Below are positions 27,777 through 33,923 of a DNA stretch of 33,923 bases, one piece after another (positions within the stretch are counted from its first letter, which is position 1; each line of letters opens with the position of its first letter). Under the pieces are notes generated by a model that did no database searches, was not told where the DNA came from, and was given only the letters and a program-made list of their open reading frames with translations. Source of the stretch: Verrucomicrobiales bacterium. GTDB taxonomy: Bacteria > Verrucomicrobiota > Verrucomicrobiia > Verrucomicrobiales > V1-33. A program made the translations under genes and the position numbers. The stretch covers positions 1 to 33,923 of the forward strand of contig JANOAV010000029.1 of NCBI GenBank assembly GCA_031411295.1, given 5' to 3'.

Positions 27777-27999
27777 CCGGAGGCTTGACAGAATTTAGCC
27801 GGGGGTTGAGCGATAGCGATACCCCCGGTTAGAGGATCAAAAGAATCGCATCCCGACAGGGATGCCAGATCAGCAACATGAGAGGGAATGGCTTCGCACG
27901 ATCCTATTCTGGCATCCCTGCCGGGATGCGGTCATTTCGTTGGAATACCGGGGGTATCGCTATCGCTCAACCCCCGGCTAATTTCTTAGATCCCTCCGG
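27777..27999. repeat. Nested palindromic MITE/REPIN-like element of about 220 bp
   Basis: Perfect 35-bp inverted repeat 27795-27829 / 27947-27981; inner 23-bp inverted repeat 27847-27869 / 27908-27930 with 1 mismatch; outer CCGGAGG / CCTCCGG. Confidence 0.8.
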
Positions 28000-28028
28000 G
28001 ATCACCTCATGTTGAACGTAACTTGGAA

Positions 28029-28406
28029 TTAGGCTGCGAAACTCTCCCCGCAGGAGCAGGTCACGATGGCATTGGGGTTCTTGACTTTGAAGCCGCCGTT
28101 TTGGAGGTCGTCGCTGTAATCCAACTCCGAGCCTGCTACGAACAACGCGCTCTTAGGATCGATGACGACGCGCACGCCACCGGATTCCACTTGGATATCC
28201 CGATCCGCCGGGCCGTCCACCAAATCCATTTTATACTGCAACCCAGAGCATCCGCCACCCACCACGGCCACTCGGAGCGCGCCATGCTCCGCACGTCCTT
28301 GCTTCTCGAGCAGGGAGGTGAGCTTCTGCGTGGCACCGTTGAGAACTTTGATCAGCTTCTCATTGCCTACTTTGAAATTTACCGGACGTGGACTGGGGGA
28401 TGTCAT
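28029..28406 (-). CDS. HesB/IscA/ErpA-family Fe-S cluster assembly accessory protein
   Basis: GGGCSGLQY and NPNA..TCSCGESF motifs. Confidence 0.93.
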   Translation of the reverse strand: MTSPSPRPVNFKVGNEKLIKVLNGATQKLTSLLEKQGRAEHGALRVAVVGGGCSGLQYKMDLVDGPADRDIQVESGGVRVVIDPKSALFVAGSELDYSDDLQNGGFKVKNPNAIVTCSCGESFAA

Positions 28407-28451
28407 GGAGTATCCTTTCCCTGGTTCTCCTCGAAGTCAACCCAAGCCGTG

Positions 28452-29882
28452 TCACGCCAGCACTTCGGAAATGACGTGGCCATGGACATCGGTTAGTCTG
28501 CGATCTACTCCGCTGGTGCGGTAGCTGAGTTTCTCGTGGTTGATGCCAAGCAGGTGAAAGATGGTGGCGTGGAGATCATAGCAATAGGTGATGCCGGATT
28601 CCGCTTTGAAGCCAAGTTCATCGCTCTGCCCGTAACTGGCACCAGCCTTGACCCCGGCCCCGGCCAACCAGGTCACGAAGGAATTGCCATTATGATCTCT
28701 GCCCAGTGAGCCTTGGGCGAAGGGCGTGCGGCCGAATTCGGTGGTAAAGATGACTAGCGTATCTTCAAGGAGCCCGCGCGATTTCAAATCCCCCAGCAAC
28801 CCTGCGATGGGCAGATCCACGCTGGCAGCGATGGGCGGGAGTTCAGTTTGGATATTGCCGTGGTTGTCCCAGTTATTGATGGCACCTTGGGGGCCGCTCC
28901 ATACTTGCACCACGCGGGTGCCGCGTTCAAGCAGCCGGCGGGCCAGCAGACAACGACGTCCGAAGTCCTCGGTCACGGGATCATCCATGCCATAAGCGGT
29001 GCGCATGGATGCGGTCTCGCGACTCAGGTCGAAGGCCTCCGGAGCGCTAAGTTGCATCTTCGCAGCGAGTTCGTAGCCTGCGATGCGCGCTTCCAGGCGT
29101 GAGTCCTCGGGATGGCTGGCGGCATGGGCTCGATTCATTTTCTGCAGGAGCGCGAGGCTGGCCGCGTCCGCTTCCTGGCTGGCAAACTTATGTTTGCTGT
29201 TGGCAAAAAGGTCTGGCACCGGGGAGGCGGAACCCGCGTTGATAATGGTGCCTTGATGGCGGGACGGGAGGAACGCTGCGCTGAAATTTCCCTTCTGGTT
29301 ATAGGGCAGGCCACGCGCGTCCGGCAGCACCACGAAGGTGGGAAGATTATCCGACAAGCTGCCCAATCCGTAGGAAATCCATGCTCCCATGCAGGGGAAT
29401 CCTGGGAGGAGGAATCCCGTATTCATCATATAACTGCCAGGCCCGTGCACGCTGGTCTTGGTGGTCATGGCCATGAGGAATGCCATCTCGTCCACCCACT
29501 TGGCCTGGTGGGGGAAGACACTGCTCACCCAGCGTCCGCTCTGGCCGTGTTGTTTGAACTCGAAGGGGCTTTTCATGACCGCTCCAGCCGGTCCGGTCTG
29601 GCCTTCCGGTTTTTCCTTGGGGCCGATCATCTGGCCGTGCAGCCGCTCCAGCGCAGGCTTGTAGTCGAAGGTATCCATCTGGCTCACCCCGCCATTCATG
29701 AACAGTTGGATGATGCGCTTGGCCTTGGCGGGATGATGCAGTCCGCCATTCAACTCAGGTCTCGGCGTTGCGGTGTCGCCCCGTGCTTCGCGCGATAGCA
29801 ATTGCGCCAAGGCCACGCCCGTGATGCCACCACCGGTGTGCCACAGAAAATTTCGACGTGTTAGTGATGTGGTGGAAAACAT
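28452..29882 (-). CDS. DUF1501 domain protein (Tat signal)
   Basis: TRRNFL, LFMNGGVSQMDTFDYKP, WDNH, EFGRTP and GRDHN motifs. Confidence 0.92.
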   Translation of the reverse strand: MFSTTSLTRRNFLWHTGGGITGVALAQLLSREARGDTATPRPELNGGLHHPAKAKRIIQLFMNGGVSQMDTFDYKPALERLHGQMIGPKEKPEGQTGPAGAVMKSPFEFKQHGQSGRWVSSVFPHQAKWVDEMAFLMAMTTKTSVHGPGSYMMNTGFLLPGFPCMGAWISYGLGSLSDNLPTFVVLPDARGLPYNQKGNFSAAFLPSRHQGTIINAGSASPVPDLFANSKHKFASQEADAASLALLQKMNRAHAASHPEDSRLEARIAGYELAAKMQLSAPEAFDLSRETASMRTAYGMDDPVTEDFGRRCLLARRLLERGTRVVQVWSGPQGAINNWDNHGNIQTELPPIAASVDLPIAGLLGDLKSRGLLEDTLVIFTTEFGRTPFAQGSLGRDHNGNSFVTWLAGAGVKAGASYGQSDELGFKAESGITYCYDLHATIFHLLGINHEKLSYRTSGVDRRLTDVHGHVISEVLA

Positions 29883-29884
29883 GG

Positions 29885-32860
29885 CTAGTCGAGGAAGAGG
29901 AATTCATTCGCATTAAACAGCACGCGACAGACTGCCGCCATGCCATGCTGTGCTGCCAGCGTGGTGCAGTCGGAGCTTTCCGATGCTGTGGGGTCGCGCT
30001 GCAAAATGCGCTGGAAGGCGGCCCGAATTCTGCCCTCGGGCTGGGGGAATTCCTGTTCCAGCTTGGCTGCGAATCGTTCGCTGGCATGGAGGATGAATTC
30101 GTTATTGAACATCGCCAGCGATTGCAGAGCGGAGGCGGAGAAGCCGCGCACCGGAGCAAGTTGGCCCAGGTCGGGGAAATCCAGCGTGTCCATAAACGGA
30201 TCCGCAATGGCCCGCCAGACGAGGCGGTAAACGCTGCGTCGGTTGGCTCCGGGAGTGTTCCAGTCGAAATCTGCATAGTTTAAAACCGGTGTGGTCTGCG
30301 GCCCGGGCTTGGACGTGAAGTGCGCCACGCTGGGACCGCCCATGGTGAGATCAAGGTTTCCACTCACAGCTAGCATCGTGTCGCGCACCGTGTCAGCATC
30401 CAATCGCGAGCGGCTCATGCGCCAGAGGAGCCGATTGTCTGGATCCACTGCGAGTGCTGTGGCGTTGGCGTTGCTGGACTGACGATAGGTGGCGCTGGTG
30501 AGGATGAGCCGATGCAAGGCTTTCAGCGAGCCATGGGCCTCATCGCGAAACCATACGGCCAACCAGTCCAGTAGCTCCGGATGGGACGGCACGCCCCCCA
30601 TATGTCCGAAATCGCTCGGCGTGTCACACAGCCCTTTGCCGAAATGATAGTGCCAGACTCGGTTCACGATGCTGCGCCAAGTTAGGGGATTGTCCGCGTG
30701 AGTCAACCAATCAGCCAAGGCGGCTCGACGGGAAGCTTCGTCCTGAGGCTTGTCCAAACTAAAGCGTGCGGGCAGGGCTGTGATTGCTGAGAGGGCACCC
30801 GGGCCGATCTCTGCTTGAGGCTTCGCCAAATCGCCTCGTTGCAAAAGCCGAATCGAGCGGGGTTGGGGGATGGAAACCACACCGCGTTCATTCTTGGCGG
30901 CCCGGCCGGCGGCCCAGACGGTCACCGGTGGCGGAAGCTTCGCGAGTGCTTCCGTGGCCGCCAAGCGTGCGACCATGCTGGCCAGCGCCAGTTGTTGTGC
31001 TGGGGAGCGATCCGGTTGCGGAGTGCGTAAAATTTCCTCCAGTGCCGTTGGTAATGCCCGCAGGCTGTTAGCAGGTGCCTGGGTGGCGGACAGTTTGAAT
31101 CTTCCCAGCAAGTGCGAGCCGCCCTGCAGTTGTCGCAGCGTAATCACCAGGCGGGCACCTGCTTCCAGCGGCAATTTCTCCCTGAGCGCAAATACTCCGT
31201 GATGGGGCTGGCCGATGGCGGGATGGATCGCCCAAGAGGATTTGAAATCACCATCAATCGCCTTGGTAACATCATAATTTACCTGATCGAAATCGGAGAG
31301 CGCACGCTGCAGCGAAACCTTCTCTGGCTTGGTGGAGGAGGGACGGAAGACTTGCAGTTCGATCTCGCTCAGATGCAGATTGCCATTGCTGGCGCGTCCC
31401 GGGCCATGCGCTGGCAGGGAATCATCCGGCAGGAAATCAAGCCGCACCGCTGTCAGCTCGGACAAGTTAGTCGTCGTCGTTACCGTGTAGGTATCCTTGT
31501 CCGGAGTCGGGCCGCTGGCAAGGAGGGAACCATCCGCCAGGCGCTCCAGCAGTGTGCCTTCGGCGGTGAGGAACGTTTCCGGAAGGAGCAATTTCCAAGC
31601 CACGGGTGACGCATGCGCCTGCTCCCAGGCCGTGATCAGAGCTGCGCTAGCCGGGGCTTGGATGACTGCGGCATCCTTGCTCTCGGCCGCTTGCAACAGG
31701 GCGTTGAGCGTCTGTAGTTGCTGCGCTACCGCAGGGTCCTCATGATAGGAAATGTCCCCTTTGCCAATGCCTGCGAAGACTGCCTGGAGGGCAAAATAAT
31801 CTTCCTGCGTGATGGGATCAAATTTATGGGCATGGCAGCGGGCACAGTTTGCCGTAGTGCTGACAAAGCTGGCCATGGTCTGCGTCACTAAATCATCCCG
31901 ATCCAAGTATTCAAAACTCGTGGGAGCGGTGGCGGCAGCGCTGCTATCATAAGTGCCTGCGCCCAGATAACCCAGCGCAGCCGAGAGTGCGGGCTCCGTG
32001 GGAAAGAACACATCGGCGGCTAGTTGCTCCCGGATAAACCGCGGCCAAGTGGTGTCGCGATTGAGGCTGGCAATGACGTAATCACGATACCGCCACGCGT
32101 TCGGCCGCAGGTCATCGTGCTCGAAACCATGGGTATCTGCAAAATGAATGGTGTCCAGCCAGTGCCGCGCCCAGCGTTCGCCATAGCGGGGCGAGGCCAG
32201 CAACTGGTCCACGAGGTCATTATAGGCTGGCGCAGGGGTTGCCGCCTGCGCAAAGGCTGCGACCTCTGCTGGGGATGGTGGCAGACCATGCAGATCGAAG
32301 TAAAGTCGGCGGATGAGACTGCGCGGATCAGCGGGAGGAGCGGGCGCGAGTTGCTTCGTCTGCAACCGCTCCTGAATGAACGCATCGATCGGATGGGCTG
32401 CTCCGGGGGGGATCGCTGGCTGCAGCAATGGTCGCAACGACCACCAATCCGCTGGCGATGGCACCGGGGTGGTGCGCGGGTCGGGAGCGCCCAATTTGAT
32501 CCATTGCTCCAGCAGCGCGATTTCCTCGGCGGGCAGTTGCTGCTTCGGCGGCATTTGGTGATCGTCGTCGCGCCAGCGCACCATGGTCATCAGCAGGCTG
32601 GCATCCGGTTTTCCTGCCACCACGGCGGGACCGGTCTCGCCACCTTTTTCCCAGCCCGACTTGGAATCCAGGGTCAGCCCACCTTTCATCTTGCCACCCT
32701 GATGCGAATGGCATTCATAGCAACGTTGTTTCAGCAGGGGTTCGATTTTATCACTGAAGAAGTCCTCCGCCTGTGTGCTGGCGACCAAGCAAAGCGAAAC
32801 CAGGACCACAGCGTTGCGCACGGGTGGGTTCACGGTGGGACTGTGGGTTTGCTGGGCCAT
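29885..32860 (-). CDS. Planctomycete cytochrome c (PSCyt1)-DUF1549-DUF1553 protein
   Basis: CYECH and CARCHAHKFDP heme motifs, YGERWARHWLD, NRVWHYHFGKG and PSHPELLDWLA. Confidence 0.92.
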   Translation of the reverse strand: MAQQTHSPTVNPPVRNAVVLVSLCLVASTQAEDFFSDKIEPLLKQRCYECHSHQGGKMKGGLTLDSKSGWEKGGETGPAVVAGKPDASLLMTMVRWRDDDHQMPPKQQLPAEEIALLEQWIKLGAPDPRTTPVPSPADWWSLRPLLQPAIPPGAAHPIDAFIQERLQTKQLAPAPPADPRSLIRRLYFDLHGLPPSPAEVAAFAQAATPAPAYNDLVDQLLASPRYGERWARHWLDTIHFADTHGFEHDDLRPNAWRYRDYVIASLNRDTTWPRFIREQLAADVFFPTEPALSAALGYLGAGTYDSSAAATAPTSFEYLDRDDLVTQTMASFVSTTANCARCHAHKFDPITQEDYFALQAVFAGIGKGDISYHEDPAVAQQLQTLNALLQAAESKDAAVIQAPASAALITAWEQAHASPVAWKLLLPETFLTAEGTLLERLADGSLLASGPTPDKDTYTVTTTTNLSELTAVRLDFLPDDSLPAHGPGRASNGNLHLSEIELQVFRPSSTKPEKVSLQRALSDFDQVNYDVTKAIDGDFKSSWAIHPAIGQPHHGVFALREKLPLEAGARLVITLRQLQGGSHLLGRFKLSATQAPANSLRALPTALEEILRTPQPDRSPAQQLALASMVARLAATEALAKLPPPVTVWAAGRAAKNERGVVSIPQPRSIRLLQRGDLAKPQAEIGPGALSAITALPARFSLDKPQDEASRRAALADWLTHADNPLTWRSIVNRVWHYHFGKGLCDTPSDFGHMGGVPSHPELLDWLAVWFRDEAHGSLKALHRLILTSATYRQSSNANATALAVDPDNRLLWRMSRSRLDADTVRDTMLAVSGNLDLTMGGPSVAHFTSKPGPQTTPVLNYADFDWNTPGANRRSVYRLVWRAIADPFMDTLDFPDLGQLAPVRGFSASALQSLAMFNNEFILHASERFAAKLEQEFPQPEGRIRAAFQRILQRDPTASESSDCTTLAAQHGMAAVCRVLFNANEFLFLD

Positions 32861-33014
32861 GGATTTTGCTGGGCTCCGTCGATCTCGGGCGCACTAGTCG
32901 TTTCCCTCCAGCAGTGGGTCAATGCCTGCCCTATCCGCCACTGCGGTGGAACAGGTAAATAAATATTTCTCCAAAATCTGCCGCGTTTGCTCTAGAATCC
33001 GTCAAGCACCCTTG

Positions 33015-33794
33015 ATGAATCCTTCCAATCCTTCAGCAAACCTCTGTCTCAACTGCGGAACTCAGTTGCCTGCGAATACCGTGGGTGCTTGCCCGCGGTG
33101 CCTTTTACTTGCAGCCATGGAACCAGCCGAACCCCGGACAGATCCGGCGGATGTCCCCGAGGTAGCCGCAGTGAGTGCGGCGTTTCCCCAGCTGGAAATC
33201 TTGGAACTCATCGGCCAGGGCGGCATGGGCTGGGTCTTCAAGGCGCGGCAACCGAAGCTGAATCGCTTGGTGGCGTTGAAATTGTTACCCGCTTCGTTGA
33301 CCGAACGGGACGCGTCGTTCGCTGGTCGTTTTGAGCGGGAAGGTCAGTTGCTAGCTCGACTGCACCATCCAAACATCGTGGCGGTGCACGATTCCGGCAG
33401 GGCGGGTGAGTTCTTCTATTTGCTAATGGAATATGTGGATGGCGTGAATCTGCGCCAAGCCATGCGCTCCAGTCGGTTCACGCCGGCGCAAGCGCTGGCC
33501 ATCGTGCCCCATATCTGTGACGCGCTCCAGTTCGCGCATGAGGAAGGGGTGCTGCACCGAGACATTAAGCCGGAGAATATTTTGCTGGATGGGAAAGGCC
33601 GCGTGAAGCTGGCGGACTTCGGCATTGCGAAGGTTTTAGGAGAAGGGACGGAACGGACACAAGGGACTACCCCGACCGATCTTCAGTCGGCTGAAACGTC
33701 GCTTAAGTCCTTTCCGTCCCTTCCGTCCTTAGAGCCCCTCCCGTCCCTAACTCACACCGGCAGCACCCTGGGCACGCCCAACCTTCAAAGATAG
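33015..33794 (+). pseudogene. Ser/Thr protein kinase with N-terminal zinc ribbon, truncated after the activation loop
   Basis: CxxC..CxxC, GQGGMG, VALK, HRDIKPEN, DFG, then GTPN|LQR*; the APE motif and subdomains IX-XI are absent. Confidence 0.8.
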
Positions 33795-33923
33795 CTTTGA
33801 GCGGCTTTGCGCCTCAAAGCTATTAGTTGTTGGACAGGCCCGGTGATTCACTCAGCGCCTTCGGCCTCGGTGGCTGATCGGCGGGCCTATGCGGTTTGCT
33901 TTTCGAGGTCGGTGTTGGCTAAC
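33776..33923. mobile_element. End of an element interrupting the kinase, starting with an attC-like 60-bp hairpin
   Basis: GCCCAAC (33776-33782) ... ATAGCTTTGAG / CTCAAAGCTAT stem ... GTTGGAC (33829-33835); kinase similarity stops exactly here. Confidence 0.55.

Noticed and set aside
27777..27999. CRISPR array or tRNA
   Set aside because: The repeats are inverted rather than direct repeats with spacers, and there is no cloverleaf or cas gene.
33783..33923. Group II intron interrupting the kinase
   Set aside because: No GTGCG 5' end at the junction and no domain V motif recognised on either strand.

Overview
GC-rich bacterial window whose gene content points to the PVC superphylum, most likely Verrucomicrobia (DUF1501 plus PSCyt1/DUF1549/DUF1553 pair, DUF1080, zinc-ribbon Ser/Thr kinase). 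Both ends appear to run into mobile DNA: a probable IS4-like transposase tail at 1-115, and at the right end a Ser/Thr kinase cut off at an attC-like 60-bp hairpin. The centre is a heavy-metal module resembling cnrYXH-cnrCBA: anti-sigma, periplasmic sensor and ECF sigma, then a TolC/adaptor/CzcA-CusA pump, with an identical ECF-type promoter motif (TAAGGGTTT-N11-GGCGTT) upstream of both blocks. The pump is unusual: its adaptor lacks the alpha-helical hairpin and has a His-rich, C-terminal membrane anchor, and two paralogous secreted CxxC-x6-CxC proteins follow it. Also present: a class Ic-like (Tyr-less) nrdB with tandem NrdR boxes, prmA, a CDF transporter, an outer-membrane protein with Fur-like boxes, a HesB/IscA protein, a decayed Phd-RelE/ParE toxin-antitoxin pair, several REP-like palindromes and tandem coiled-coil proteins of unknown function. 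Family assignments come from motif recognition by eye; no database searches were run.
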